A stretch of 64,000 nucleotides of DNA from Rhizaria sp. SCN 62-66. Lineage: Eukaryota. The notes under the pieces were generated by a model. The model was not told the origin of the DNA, did not search any database, and saw only the letters and a list, made by a program, of their open reading frames with translations. The stretch spans positions 1 to 64,000 of the forward strand of contig MEDY01000099.1 in the NCBI GenBank assembly GCA_001724265.1. The letters are read 5' to 3'. The position numbers and the translations under genes were made by a program. Of this stretch, positions 45,101 to 60,100 are shown piece after piece. Numbering within the stretch: position 1 is the first letter of the stretch; every line of letters begins with the position of its first letter.

Positions 45101-48100
45101 GTGAGAACCGTCTTCTGCACCGTGTTGTGCGTTATATTAACGCGTTGCCGGCGCTGCACCCCGCGTTTGCCACCGCTGTTGCTGGCGTCGTTGATGCGCT
45201 TTCACGTCTGCAGGCTCTTTCTGCCCCTGTCCCCTTTGCATCGACTCGGACTCTTGGCGCACCTGTCGCTGTTCCGAACGTTCCTACGCTTGTGTCTGCG
45301 TTGGCTACGGCACTGAGTGCGGTTAAAACGTCGATGGCCGACAGTGTTGGCTTTGTTGATGCTGTGCAGCTTCCCACTGCAGCTGACTGGACCGCAAACC
45401 ACCGCGCGCTGCGCGCGACACTTACACGTGTGAGCGCTGTCCTTGAGGCTGTGTCCGATAATGCCGCGGCTGCTGCGCTTGCCACGGTAGCGGACGCGAC
45501 CACTGACGGTGCAAAGATGCTTCCGGAGCTTCCTTTGTCTTATACACCGCTTTCACTCTTCGCTACGCTTGAACGCGACTTCGCGACTGTGCCCGCCGCG
45601 GAGCCGCTTCTGTCCGCAGCGCGCTCGGCGCTGGGCGCTGGTGATGCCGGTGTCGCTAAGGATGCCGTGCATGCCTTTCTGGTTGCAGTTGAGCGCACCG
45701 AAGCAGATGAGGCTGCCGTTGCCGTGTGCGTTGCTACTGAGACAAAATCTCATGCTGCTGCCGCATCTGTTGCTTCTGCCGCTTCTACAGCAGAGTCGCG
45801 CAAGGGCGCTACAACTGCCTGGGGCGCGAGCGCGCTGCTGGCGCTTGTGCCGGTGAACTGGCTTCGTGTGCTGGAGCGCGTGGCGTCAATCGCAGGTGGA
45901 CTTCTTGTGCGCATGGCGCACGACAACGCTGCTGTGCGCGCCGCTCTTTCTGATGATGTTCCCGCGACCACACTGCTTTTCCCCGTGCTTTCTGCGCTTG
46001 ACAAGCTTGCTCATCTTACCGATGACGCCGCCACGTCTGACACAGGACTTGTTCTGGATTTGCCTCCTTCCGACGGCCCGGCATTGTTGACGCAGCTCCG
46101 GAACGATCTGGCCGTAGCCACAGCGACGGCCCCGTTGCCGCCCGCGTTGCACCTCCCGCTTCGCACGCTGGCTGCTGCGTACGAGTCTTGGGACTCACGT
46201 GCAGTATTGGCGGCGCTCGTTGATGTTCTCCGCTCAGTTGCTTCTGCCGCGACTTCTCCTGTCGTGCTCACGCCCGCGCTGCTCGCTATCACGCAGACGT
46301 GGCCTCGCGCTGCTGCGGGTGTTTCAAGCTCCGACGCGGGCATGTCTGTACCTTCAGGTCCATTTGGGCTCCCGATGTTGCGCCTGTCAGCGCCTGCAGC
46401 AGGGACGAGGGCATCGTCGAATGCCGTCTCCGCGACGTCAGCAACGAACCATTTCCACCAGAGTCACACCGTGTCTTTTGCGACCGCTCAGTTGCAGGCG
46501 CACATCGCTCTTGCTGAGGCTGCTGCTGCGACCCACTCTCGGACTACCAAGGGAAAGAAATCCCGCGCTGCTCACCTCGCGGCCGCTTCACCTGGCCCCG
46601 TATGCGCACTTCCTCTCCCTGCGACGCGTTTTCCGATGCTTGAGCTGCTGCTGCTTGCGCGCTGCACGCCTACTTTTGCTTTTGCACCTGCGCCCGCTGC
46701 GGCTGCCTCGCCTGCTGCGCTGGCGCGCGCGCTCGGTGCCGCCCCGTCGATGACATGGAGCAATCTTCACATGAGCGCACGCCGTCTTTGTGCGATCTTA
46801 TCTGCGTCTATCACGGCACGCACATGTCCTGCCCCAGCACCCGCGCTGCTGGTGTCTACTGATCCCGCGAACGATCTGCCCTTCACCGGCCACGCGCACC
46901 GTGGCGCTTTCCTTGCTGCCTTGCGTGCTGATGGCACTCTTGCGATCCCCACTGTTAGTCTTACGCATGCGCTAGCGCACCGCCCCTTGCGCCGTGCCGC
47001 TGCGTCCTCCGACGCTGCCGCACTTGTCCGTGCTGCACTTCTGCTTCTGCGTTCCGCTGGTCTGCCCGACTCTATCCTCGCTCGCGCAGAGACGCTGGCG
47101 GCCGCGCTGACCGTCGCGACAAGCGCAGGTGCCGCGTCTGGTGTGATGCTTGCCCCTGCGTCCGCACGTGCGGCGGTGCTGCCTCCGGCCTCGCTGGGCG
47201 CAGTGCCGCCTCTGGTGTCGGCGTTGCTGGAAGAGCTTCAGGAGAGCTTGGTTACGTACCGCGTTGTCGCTGCTCCTAAGACGGGTCCGACCGCTGGAGT
47301 TGCGTCCACTATCATGGTTGCACTTCCTGAGCCCGCCGCTGCGGCTGCCGCTGCTCGTGCGCGCGCGCGCAGTGTTGTCGCCCAAGTTAAGTTTGCCGGC
47401 GCAGAGGCTGCTGCCGCCGCAGCTGTGCTAGCACTGATGCTGCATCTATCTCGCACCAAGCTCGCCTTGTGCGCAGCCGATGAGACGGCTTTTTCTCAAG
47501 CATCTGCATTCATCCATACGTCTGACTCCGTTTCCGGGGCCAGCAGTGGCGAGCGCCCGAGCATGTCGCGTGACAGTTCGCTCGTGACTCCGAACGCTGA
47601 CTTGGCTGCGCTGGGCGGTGTTAAGTCGAGCCGCCTCGACGCTATTGTGACGACGCAATTACTCACATTACCGTCTGACGTTTCTGAGACTGCAAATGCT
47701 GCACGCGCGCTCTCTTCTGTTGGAGCCGCGTCACTGGCTCTGCGGCTCGTCTCAGCTGCTTCCCCTGCGTCTCTTGTCGACATGATCGCGAGCTTTGCCG
47801 CGAACATTTCTCTGCCTGAGACGAAGACTGCGCTGCATCATATGGTTCGCGCTGTTGGCGCTCTTTTCAACGTTGGTGCTGCTACCTCTGCGATTGTTGC
47901 TCCCGCAGCTCTTTCTGCTTCTACTGCCGCTGAGGGCTCTGTTGAGTCTGCTGAGTCGGCCGCGAGTGCGCTAGTTCTGCAGCTTGGTGTTCAGCAGTCG
48001 CAGGCGAGCTACCGCATGTGGACTGCTGGTATCGTGGCGACGCACCACGCCTTGCACAAGGATCTTGTCGAGCTGATTGCTGCTGTGCGTGAGGAGATCA

Positions 48101-51100
48101 CTCTTGGAGGTGGAATTACGGCTGCTGTTTCACACCGCGCGCGTGCACTTGTCACGGCGCTCTACCCCACTGCGGGCCGCGAGTTGTGGCCGCATTTCTT
48201 CGGGGAGCGTCAGCCCAAACAGCACCAACAAATGATCTCCGCTCGCTTAAGTGCCGGACCCGCTCGCTCCCAGCGTTCCTCCACCGACGACAATGATGCA
48301 GCGGCGTTGAGAGAGCTTCTGCCTGCTCAGGGCGCAGGCTCTGAATCTGGGTATCCTGCGCTGCTGTGCCACCAATTGGTCGTACCCGTCGACGCGCTTT
48401 GCGCATCACTCCACGCTGGTGATGCCAAGACTGCGCGCTCGCAGCTGGCCGCTATTGGTGACGCTGTTAACACCAGTGCCGGCAGATGCAAGTACCTTCC
48501 CTGGAACGTCTACGCAGCGCACATTACAGCTGCACACAAGTGCGCGCTCGCTCTTTTGGCACAGCTCCGTGCGTTTACCACTGCGAATGTTTCTGGTGAG
48601 TTCACCGCGTTGCCTTCGCTTACAGGGACAACTGCAGTGCTCTCGAGGCTTACTATCAATGCCGCGACTGCGAACGATCTTTCTGTTGTATTGACCGGAA
48701 CAATGCAGGCTTTCCAATCTCTTGCCCCCGCTTTGCAGCCTGCTGCTACGACGGGCATGCTTGTGAGTCCTCTTGATGCTGCAGCAGCTTCTGACACTAC
48801 CCGTGCTGTGAAGCTTGCATCGGCAGAGTGGCAAAATGCGGTTGATGCAGCCATGCGGGCAACCATTGCACTTTCTTTATCTGAGGCAGACTCATTGATT
48901 GAGCAAGACGACCTGGGTATGACAAGCAGCAACAGTGTGATGGCAGATTTCCTGTCTGATCCCGTCGATTCTGATGTTGTTGCTCTTGTTCCCGCTGCTA
49001 CTGTTGCAGCTTCGCCCATCGCACGTTATCCGAACATGGCGGAGATGTCGCCCGCGCCTGCTAGCACTTCTTGCGCGGCTGTGCTGAAGCCATTTAACGT
49101 GCCGTCAACGCTTCGCACGGCTGGTGACTGGATTTCCGAGTCTGCAGTTCGCGACGCTGCTGATGCGTTTTCCGCTATTGCTGTTGCAGCTGCTTCTGCA
49201 GGGACGTTCGCGGATCAAGCTCTTGCCGCATCTGCGTCTGTTTATCCCGAGCTAGCATTAGCAACAGCCGACGTCACCGCTGGCGCGCACACTTCGTACG
49301 CGGCTTTGGCTGCACTGAGCGATACGTGTCTTACTGCAGCGTCACTGTTGGCGCGCGCACAGCAGATTGTGTCTGCCTACACATTGCCCAATGAAGCATC
49401 CCTAGCTGATGCAATTCAGGCACCTGCGCGCACTGTTGCTGCTCCTCCGCTCCACCCGAGCGTACTGCTTTTTGCTGCAGTACGTGCCGCGCTTACGTCG
49501 CGCGTTTGCCGTGCTCCAACTGGTGGCAATGCTTCCAGCCGTAGTGACGAGGGCGTGACGCTTGGCGACGATGACGAGAGTGAAAATAGCAATGAGATTG
49601 ACCTGCTCTCGCGGCCGTACACTGCGCTGACACAGATTGCTGTTGACCTTGGTACAAACGCCTTTGAGCCGATTGCTGTGTCCCTCACTGGTGCCATCTC
49701 TATCTCTCTCACATCATCTGGAGACGACGGGGCTGATGTAGCAGCGGCATCCGCTGCTTCGCGCGACTCTGTTGTGTTTGCGCCCTTGCTGAACCCAGCC
49801 TTGGAAGCGCCGCTGACACAGCTCCAGACACTGGCCAACAATAGGCTGGTACGCCACATGCTTGCCAACTTTGCGATCAACACACCCGCAGCTCGCCGCG
49901 CCGCAGCGGCCCTTGACGACATTTTTGACGACGATGTCCGTGAAGAAGATGATGATGACGATGATGATGATGACGATGAGAAGGATGATCATGATAACGT
50001 CGAAAATTCAGACGATGCTCGCGGCTCCGGTTCTTTTTCGAGCGGTGTTGTATCGGCTGCGAGCAGCCGTCCATCCTCGGTGCACTCGCGCCCGCGGACA
50101 GGAACTCGTGGCAGCACACGTGGTGGGACCAATGACTCTGGTGACTGGAAATTTGAGCTTACTTCTTTGTGGGGTATGCTTGAAAATGCTCTCACATCAG
50201 TCAACGCTCTTTACACGCGGCTGGAGCAGGCTCGCCATGGAGCGCATGGCCACCACCCGCTGACATTTGCGCTTCAATCAGCTCCTGCAGCGCCTGGTGC
50301 TGGCGCACTGAGTGATGCTGCGGCTGTGCAGGCCGAGTCGCAGCTCAGCGCTGTGGTACGCCAAGCGACTGCGCTGGAGGCGCGTGCTCGGCTCGTCTCA
50401 TCAGTTGCTGAAGAGGAGCAGGTTCTTGCGCTTGTGCGCAGGCTTACTGCCGCCCTTGACCGGGGTATTGCACAGGAGGACGCGAAGATTATGAAATGCA
50501 AGGAGGGCTTTGAGGCGCTCTTTGCGCGTAAGCGGGTCGCTGCAGATGCGCTCTGGATGCGTCGAAAGATGGCAGAGGCTGCGGAACCCTCGCCTTCATC
50601 AACACCAATTGCCAGCGACAACGCCCCGCGCCCTGCTGCACTGCACCGTGCGGCAAAGTCAATTTCAACCCCTGCTACAGGCACGCGTACGTCGCAAGGC
50701 AAGCCTGGCACCGCAAGTGGCCGTAACTCGACTGCTACAGGCCCGCGCCGTGCTGGTTCCAGTCACGCATCTCAGCGCGCAGGCATCGTGACTGGTGCCA
50801 GCGCTACTGAAAGCTTTCTTCCTGCCCAGCGCCGCATTGCGGCGTCGACAGCGATGACAGTGGCTGGCGGGAAGAAGCGCCAACCGACCGCTGACGATGA
50901 CGATGGCGACTATGAAGACGATGATGAAGGTGATCTCTACAATGAGGTGCTTCGTGATATCTACAGCGATGATGACGAGGGAGCGGCTGGCGGTGCTGTG
51001 GGCTCTCGTCGCGCGCTTTCGGCGTCGCGCCAGCGTCGGGGCGCTGCCTCCTCTGACGCACCTGTGTCAATTGACCCCTCAACGCTCTTGTCATCAGTGC

Positions 51101-54100
51101 AGACACGTGCGGTGACCGCGGCTGACATCGCCGCATCGCTGTTGCAGACAGCTGATCGCTCAGGGCTTGTTACCGCGAAGGGCTTACCCGCTATCTTCGG
51201 CGCCTCCCCCGCAGCTGAAGATCCTGCTATGGCTGCTGGCGGGATTACGGCATCGAATGCTATTGCCGCTGCAACTGCTGCCGCAGGGGCCAATGCCGCC
51301 GAAGTGGCGCGCGGTATCGATGAGGCCGCCGAGCACGCGCGTGCGTATGTTCTCGCAGTGCAGGCACTTGGTCCCTTTGACTTTGCATTGGGCACGCGTG
51401 TCCGCATTGATGTTCCGCAACCTACGTTTGCCGTCGCCCCGAACGCACCTGCGCCTCTCGTTTTCGCCGAGCTTACAGTCACCGGTATGAGGAAGTCGAG
51501 TAGTTTCAACCCACTCCCTACGTTTGCTGCTCCAGCGCCGGAGCCTGCCCCAACCGGGCCGCAAGGGGCAAAGCCGCGCCGTCCTGCTCCAACCGCCCCT
51601 CTTGGTACCATCCCCTCAGAGCCAGTCTCTGCGAAGGAGGCTGCCGTCGTCCGCGCGTGCGGATTGAAGCGCGGCCAAGTGCTGACGCTTCGTGTCTCCA
51701 ACAAGCCTGTGCTCGCGCCCGCGGTCCTTACGCTCCGTGCCCGCAGTACGGCCAAGACGGGTGTTGATACCGACCCCGAGTTGCAGGCAGAGGAGAACGG
51801 CAGTGTGTGGGACGTAGAGCTGACTGTGGGTGATGTTTACGGTGAAGAGGCTTATGTGCACCGTCACAGTGTTGGTGTTGAGACTTCAGGGCTCTTCCGC
51901 AAGCTCTGGACGAAGCACGCAGCGCCGTTCCTGGGCCCTGAGGCTGCAGCGCATTTGCCTCAAGTGCTTACTAAGCCTGGTGGCGCCGATCCTGGATCGG
52001 GTTCCGAGGAGGAGGATGTACGCTTCAGTGAGCTCACTGACGCACAACGTGCGTTGCGGGCTGAGATCCGCCGCCGTGTACGTGATATTACTGGCGCGAT
52101 GCGTATTCCTGTTGCCGTTAACCTGTACCACAATGTTGCCACGGGACGTGCGCGCGTAGCTGCTGCAGCTTCGACTGCCGCAACCACACCTGGTGCAGAT
52201 GAGGCACTCGCATCTGCCATGGCTCTCTCTGGTGGCTTTGAGAGCATTCCAGAGAACGACCCCGAGGCCGCTGCATTGCAGCGCCCTATCTTACCACCAT
52301 CGTTGCCTTTCTACTACCCGGCTGCGAACTACCCACGTCTTTTCGCACCTTCAGCTGCAGCTGCGGCCGCTGCTGTCACGCTCTCAGCCGCATCCCGCGC
52401 CCCGACATCGACACCAGTGCCTGCTTCCGCGATGCCTCGGTGGGAACTGCCGTTTCCCTTGTCGCTCGCGGCTGCGCACGCTGCAGCAGCTCTGGGCTCG
52501 CATGAGGCGGGCGCGGCACTGCTTGGTGGTATGTCTGTGAATGCTCTTGCCGGGCTTGAACCCGCCGTACACCCGCTGCCACTTGGTTATACGCAGTCTG
52601 GACTGCCCTTTTACAGCGCACTTCCGGCCCTGCGCGGCGCCGCGGCACGTTACCTTGCTGGTAGCAGCGCTGCTGCCGCTGGTGCAGCCCCTGGCACGCG
52701 TGGCGGTTACCCGGCAGGTGCAGGCGGACACAGCGATTCTGCAGCCAGCGCCCTCGCGCTTCTTTTAACCCCAGCAGCGCTGAATCCTCACGCGCTGACG
52801 CCAGAGCGCTTTGCCGCCGCGCTTAACCGTGTCGCGGGCTACACTTATAGTGGCGCACCTTTCTTCCCCAAGCCTGGCTTTGCGGCACCGGCGCCCGACG
52901 GGTACACGTACTATGGCCTGCCGTATTACTTTCCGCGCACACTGTTACGTTATGCTGAGCTTGAGGCGGCTGCTGACGCACGCCTCGCGGCTCATATGTC
53001 GGATAACGCAGAGGCACATGATGCCCGTTTCATGCGCCCTTTGAGTGCCTCGGCGCGCCGCCGCAACCGCAATGCTGCTGCCGCTGCTGCGCTGACCAGC
53101 GGCGGGTTCTATTACCAAGGTGGTGCTGGCAGTGGGAGTGACGGTGATGGCGGCAACGGTTCTGCTTCTGGTGACCTTTCGACGGATGAGGAGGATCGGG
53201 CGAAGATTGACGCTCTGCGCGCTGAGGCTCGTCGCTTGATTGCACGCGAGGAAGCTCGTGAGGGTGCACGTCGCGAAAAGAAGATTGCCAAGTGGCGTGC
53301 CGGCAAGGAGGCCGAGCGTGCTGCGGCGGCTGAGGCTCGCCGCATGCGTCGTGCTAGTCTCGGAGCTGCTGCCACTGCAGGCGAGTCTTCAGACAGCGAC
53401 AGCACGGCTATGATTGTTTTCCGCGAGGAGGATGAGGCCGAGCTTGACGCTGTGGAGTTATCCGCGAGCGAGGAGTCAGATCACTTTGACGCGAAGGCTT
53501 ACGGCGAGGACCAGAACGAAGACGGTGTTAGCACGAGTGGTGCCGCAGGCTCACGCTTTGCACGGCTTGCAAAGCAACTCAATTCTATGGCTGATTCAAG
53601 CCGTGCTTTGGAGCGCGAGGCCGCACAGCGCAAGGACGCTAAGCGCGCTGAGCGTCGTCGCACACGTGCACAGAAGGCCAAAGACTGGTTCACTGAGCGC
53701 GGACTGATGATTGAACCGGAAAGTGAGGATGAAGCTGTTGCTGGCCGCAACATCGCTGCAGTTGCCCTTGTTTCTGGTCGCGGTGGCACCGACCGTGGCT
53801 TTGTGTTTGGTTACGATGAGGCACATCTTTCATCTCCTGCTGGCACTGCCGCAAGTCGTAAAGCACCTGGCTTGCCATCTGCGAGCTCTACTTATGCATC
53901 GACTGACGGTAAGGGCTCGATAGTGCGCAGCCGCGGTGCCAGCGGTACTGCAACCGCTCATACTGCTGATCTGGATGAAGTCGATGGTTATGACGTCGAC
54001 ACTGCAACAACGGTTGACGCCGATGGTCATGTCGTGCCTTCACAGCGCAAACCATCTCGCCGTGACCGTCCTCTGCTTCGTCCTGGCTCCGGCTCCGGCT

Positions 54101-57100
54101 CTCGCAAGCATGTGGGTGCAGGCGCTGAAGGTGACTATGGTAGCGATACTGATGCCTCCTCGAGCGATGCAGGATTGTCGTCGCCTTCTGGAGCGTCATC
54201 TCGGGCAGGAAGCACCCGCCGAAGCCGTATCGACCGTGTGTCGGCGCTGTCTGTTGCGCCCTCGGCTTCTCGCCGCCGCATCCCTGGTGACGATGTCTTT
54301 GCGGCGATCCGTAATGATCCTGCGGAGTACGATGACGATGCTAAGGTCCGTCTCCGCGACGCTGATGTCATGGGCGCCATTAACAAGACCGCGCTCAACA
54401 CACTTGAGCGCTCGCGTGCGCGTGTTCACGCTCGCCGCGCGTCACTCGCGCTCGCTGCAGCTGCTGAACGCGAGGCGCTTGCTGATGGCATGTCGCCCGC
54501 TGTGGCTGCTGCTGCAGGCGCTGCTGCGTCGGCTGCTGCCCGACAGTCAGGCTCTGGTGGTGCTGGTCGTGACAGTGATAGTGATGGCACTGGGAGTGAG
54601 GATCTCGACTCTTTCCCCGCTGTGCCTCTTTACGCCGAGGACGCTGCCGCGGGTAGCGAGGTCACGCCCGCAGAGGCCTACACTTCGGCTGTTCGCGCAC
54701 TTCGCCACATTGCGCGGTTCAGCGCGACGAGCTTGCCGATGTCTCTGTCGTTTGCGCGAAGCAGCTTTGCTTACTGGGCTCCTGCAGGGAGTTATGCACA
54801 CGCCGCTGTTGCCGCAGCTGTGACGGCTGCAGCGGTTCGTGCTCCCCGCGGGTCAGGCAAGCCTGTTGTCCGTATCCTGACGCTTTACGTCTCCGACCTA
54901 TACGTGGAGCGGCTCACTCGCATGCGCGATAAGCACCTATCAGTGCAAGTTGCGACCATGCCTGCAGGCGTTTTCACGATTGCACCTGATGATGCCACCG
55001 GGCCCGATGGTGCTCTTCTCCAGTCGCGCATGCGTGTTGGCCACAGCCGCCAGCCATCGTCCTCATCTCCCACTGACAGCGCAACTGATGGTGCGGATGT
55101 AATTGCGTCGACTTACGCGGCGTCAGGCTTTGGCCAATTACGTAAGCTGGCGTCGGCTGTGATTAACCCCGCTGCTAATCGTCACGGGTTGTTGTCCCCT
55201 TCTACCGCAGCTCCTAGTGCTCTGGAGGAGCCTTTCGGCCGCAGTGTTGCGACTATTGATCTTGCCCGGCCTGTGCGCGCCTTTATTGCTGCGTCCAAGC
55301 TCACAGGCACGCCGCTCGCTGCCTCACCCGCGCCCGCGACGCCGTCATCAGCCGAGGGTACTATGGTTCTTGCGACATCCACCGGCTTCACGAACATGGC
55401 TGCGCCTGAAGGTCAGCAGAAGGAAGGCATTGCGGTCCGCATCCCAGTTGTGTTCAACCCATCTCAAGCAGACGCGTCCGCGTGCACCGTCGGCAAGCTT
55501 GTTGTGCGTACGCCCTGGGGTATGCTGCTCTGTGAGAGCGATCTTTTCGGCTACACAGGCCCTTTTATTCATGTACTGCAGCCGGCTGAGCTTAAGCGCG
55601 CCATGCACGAGGCTCACTCGGCGACAGCGTCTGACGACTCCCCCACCGTGGGCTCCGCTGGAGCGGCGCGTGGCTTTGGTTTTGGCTCCGACTCAACTCT
55701 GTGCTGCTCCTTGGGCGAGTCCACTGCGACCTCTGTGGGTGTTAAGAACGTCACAGACTTTACCATCCGTGTTGTCATCAATGTCTCTCTCACGGCTAAG
55801 GTTTCTCTTGAGCAACCTGATCCTTCACCCACCTCGCCTTCGAACGCAGGCGCTGCTGCGCGTGCACAGATGCGCGTTGATCTCGGTTCTCCTGAGGTTG
55901 CGCACACCTTCTCGACCACGGTCCGTGAGATCTGCATTGGCCCTGGCGAAATTGTTCCCATTGATGTGCTCTTTGCGCCTACCGAGCGCTGCTCTTACAC
56001 TGCACAGTTGTATTTTGCTGTTACTGCAGTGCGCACACAGCGCCGCCGCCGTGTTGTGCCCGCATCAAGTGCAATGTCTGCCAACGCTTCACTTGCTGAT
56101 AACGCTGCCACTGAAGCAGATGAGGCGAATGTCGTCGCCGGTGCGAACCCTACCTTTGTTGTTGTTGACAGCGCACGTGCTGCTGCGCGTTTGCGCATGG
56201 CACCGTCTTCTCGTACGTCATTGACACGTGGTGGGTTGATGGGGGATATTGTTGATGATAGCATTGACATTAACGTGCAGTTGCAGAGCGAGACCATATC
56301 TTTGACAGGTATTGGTGGTGAGCCGCTTCTCTTCACGATTGATGGTCCTGACTCTGCTTTATCTGCGTCAAGCAACGATCCTGCCACAGCTGCTGCTGCC
56401 GCTGCTGCCCAACGTGCTTCTGCTGCTGCAGACTCCGCCGCTGCTGCCCGCGACTGTCTTTTGCTGGGTGACTCGGTCATGTCTGCTGGAGGCGACGACG
56501 ACGATTTGGCTCGCTTCGTGGCTGCTGCTGGTGAAGACGCTGTGAGTGATGTGAGCGATAAAGAGTTCATTGGCGCACTAGCAGGGCTTGCTGATGCGCC
56601 TGCTGTGGACGCGGCTGGCCGGCCTGTGTTTGACGAACGCGGTGCTGTCATGACTAACCGCGACGTTCGCCTTGCAGCTAAGCGCCTCGAACGCGGCCGC
56701 GGACGCACAGGTGGTCGTCCAGGCGATGACGATGATGAGCCTGAGACAGCAGAGGCGCGTGCATCGGCGCTGAATAATCTACGTGCGGCCAACCCGCTGC
56801 TGACTCAGGACGCGCTGCTGGAGCTGCATTACCAACGGCAAAAGGCGGCACGCGAGCGGCGCCGTGAGCAGGAAGAGGCTGAGCGTAAGGTTGCTGCTGT
56901 TGAGCGGTTTAAGCGCGAACAGCAGCAGGAATACCTGCTGCGTCAGCGCCACAGTCGGCTCTTTGGCACCGGTGCTGCCTCGGGTGCGAACGCTCTCCGC
57001 GAGTCGTACTTTGCCCGTTTCACCAAGGCTGATGCAACACAGCACACTGCGGAGACTGCAACAACGACGAAGGCCGTGTCGGGCGCTGCGACACGAGCGC

Positions 57101-60100
57101 GCCCACGTCGCATCCGCCGTCAGTATGTTGACTTTGGCGTTGTTCCGCGCGTGCCATCTGTCGTCGCGCCCTTACCGCACGGTGTGAGCAACCGCGAGGT
57201 GCGCACCATCTCGTCGCAGAACCTTCTGCCCCACGCCGTAGTTGTTGTTGTGCGTTGCCCGGAGAATTCGGTATTTTCTTGCGAACAACGTTTCCTTGAG
57301 GTGCCACCGATGGCAACGGCGCGCATTCAGGTCACGCTCACGGTGCGCGCTACACATGCCGGTTCGGGAAGCACGCCATCGGGTCTGCATACCGGTGAGC
57401 TTGATGTTTTTTGGGAGGATGGCTCGCATACCGTGTTCCATCTCCAGGCTTATGTTGGCCACCCACTTTTCTTTGACCTCGCACCGCGCGCTTTCTTCCC
57501 ACCCGTCACACCCGGTGATGAGCGTTTCCTCAGCACCGTTGCTTACAACGCGTCTCCGTACACGCTGCGTTGGCAAGTCCGCGCTTTTAAGCCCGATGAC
57601 CGTGCTGGTGTTACGCCCGCTGATGAAGGTGCAGATGTCCCGATTGCTTTGCTGCCACTCGATCCTGCCGCAAGTCCGAGTCGCGCAGAGGAGGTGCCTG
57701 CAGTTACGGACTACTTTACACCCACCGCAGCTGCACTTGGTGATGACTCGGGCTCAGACGTTGCACGCGACTTCCCTTGGCCAGTCATTGTGACGCCTCC
57801 TTACGGCTACGCCTGCCTGACGTTTTCTTTCACGCCACAGCGCCCGGGCGCAGTGGTTGCCCCCTTGCGCGTGCAGCTGATCTCACCCAGCTTCCTCGCC
57901 TGTGCCGCACATCCGCGTTACGAGGTCTCACTTACTGGATTGTGTGTCCCTGCACCGGCTCCCGATGCCGCTTGGCAGCCTGTGACGGAAGGCGCAGAGG
58001 ACCGTCTCTCAGATATGCTTGCCCTGCAGCAATGGCTCTCTGCTCCATCATCTGCACAGATGTTGCTATCCTGCGTTGGACCTGCACCTGCTGGCGCGTT
58101 GGCGTTCGAGCCACCGGCACCTGGAAGTCGCTTCCGCATCGTTCCTTCAGGCACGATTTTCTTGTCGAACGCGCGTCCTGTTCGCCAACACGATGAAGAC
58201 GCTGAAGTGAAACAAGAAGACAACGATAGCGGTGTCGCGGGCGATGAGAAGGCGATTGCCGCCGTGCTTGCATCCGCTGCAGACACTGCATCGCTCGATC
58301 TAACACCCCGGCAGCCTGTGCTTGTGGCTGCTGCCCAACGCACATTGACCGACGAGGAAGAGTTCTATATGCTTCATTCGCCCGAGCTTTATCTCGACTT
58401 TGCTCGTGGCCAGCTGGAGCTTACCCCACGTGCGGCGTTGTTGGCCGACCGCCGTAGCGCTCACACCATTGCGCGTGCAGGCAGCCGCGTGTTTGAGTCG
58501 CTCGCACCTATTGACGCTACACGTGCATTTGATCCTACTGCACTTTCACTCGCCCCTCTTTCGCTTCGCTCTGTCCCTGTTGCACACGCTGCCGCTGGAA
58601 CTGCACCTGAGCAGTGTGTGGTCTCTCAACACGCTGTCACATTTGCGCCCTATGCCACCACAGCCTCTGGTGCGTCTGCTGACGCAAGTAACGCACTTGT
58701 TGCATTGTCTGGCCGTCCCCAGTCAGCTGGAACCCGTGCCCGCGGGCATGCCTTAGCTGATGCAGCGGACCCTTCTGTGGCGGGTGTGCTTCACCAAGGT
58801 TTTGTGGCTGCTGTATCTGCGCGTGATGGTTTCCTGAGCGCTGTCCCCGTTACGGGCCAGTCCGCGGGCGCGTTAGTGGTGGTGCCTGCGACAAGCATTG
58901 CTTTTGGCAAGTTCCGAGTTGATGGCTGCAAGAGTGACTACATCGTTTTCCGCTCTCATTATCTCGTCTCGGTTGTTGTCACTTTGCGCTGGCGCCACTC
59001 GCCAGACCAGAACCCGTTCTCCTTATCTGACCGCACTTTCCGACTCGAACCAAAGGATGCGTACGTTGTCCAAGTGCGCTTTGAGCCAACTTCACAAGGA
59101 GCCTGTCGTGAGACATTGCAGATTGTAGTCACAGAGCCCATCGCTTTCAGCACAAACGAAATGCTGACCTCACCCCGTGCCCGTGCAGAGGCCAGTACTC
59201 CTTCTCGCGGGTCTTTGCCTCCGGCACGCGTGCTGATGACGCGTGAGCTCATTGTTACGGGCACGGGCTACCACTCTCGATTTGACGGTCTCCCTACTCG
59301 TCTTTGCGTTGGTAGCACGCCTCTCGGTACGATGGCTGTGACACACTTTACGCTACGTAATGTCGGCTATGTTGCTGACTCGGTCATAATCTATTGCCCG
59401 CCACCTTTCCTTGCGTCCGAGACTGAGTTCACTCTCCCGCCTAAGGCGAGTAAGACCGTAATTCTTTTCTACATGCCTCAGCGTGCCGAAATTCTTGCAC
59501 GTACTGTGTGCGTTGTTGCGGGCGCGCATCTGCATCGGTTTACTATTTCTGCCGCAGCAGGAATTTTGTCTGTTGCTGCACTCACGCACGCATCCCTGAT
59601 TGCCAGGCGATCGTCGACTTCGGCTGTTTATTCTTCAGTCTCTGCTGGAACTGGCGCTCCCCTCGACGCACTTACACAGCGCCTTCGGAATAGCAACGTG
59701 CACAATGACACTGACGCTGCTTCTACTATTGGTGCTCTGACCGCACCTGTGGTTGCCTCATGCGAGCTTGCGTTTGGCTCCGTTCCTGTGAACACAATTG
59801 TCACCATGCGTGTGTACATTGCCAACACTGGTTCCTTGCCTCTACGTGTCACTCGAGTGACTACCCAGGCGATGAACAGGCCCACTGTGACCCACCGCGG
59901 TTCTCTGCCGTCTGGGCGCACAGCCCAAAGCAGCAACTCAACAAGCGATTTTGCGTTTGTTCCTCGCCGCCTAATTTCCTCCGATTTGTCTGCACCTGCC
60001 TCACAATTAGCTGCGGCTGATGCTGCCGCGTTGGGTGGCGTTCGTGGCAGCGAGAGTGATGCTGGCGTGCGTTACACGCGCGATTTATGGGGCTGGCTCC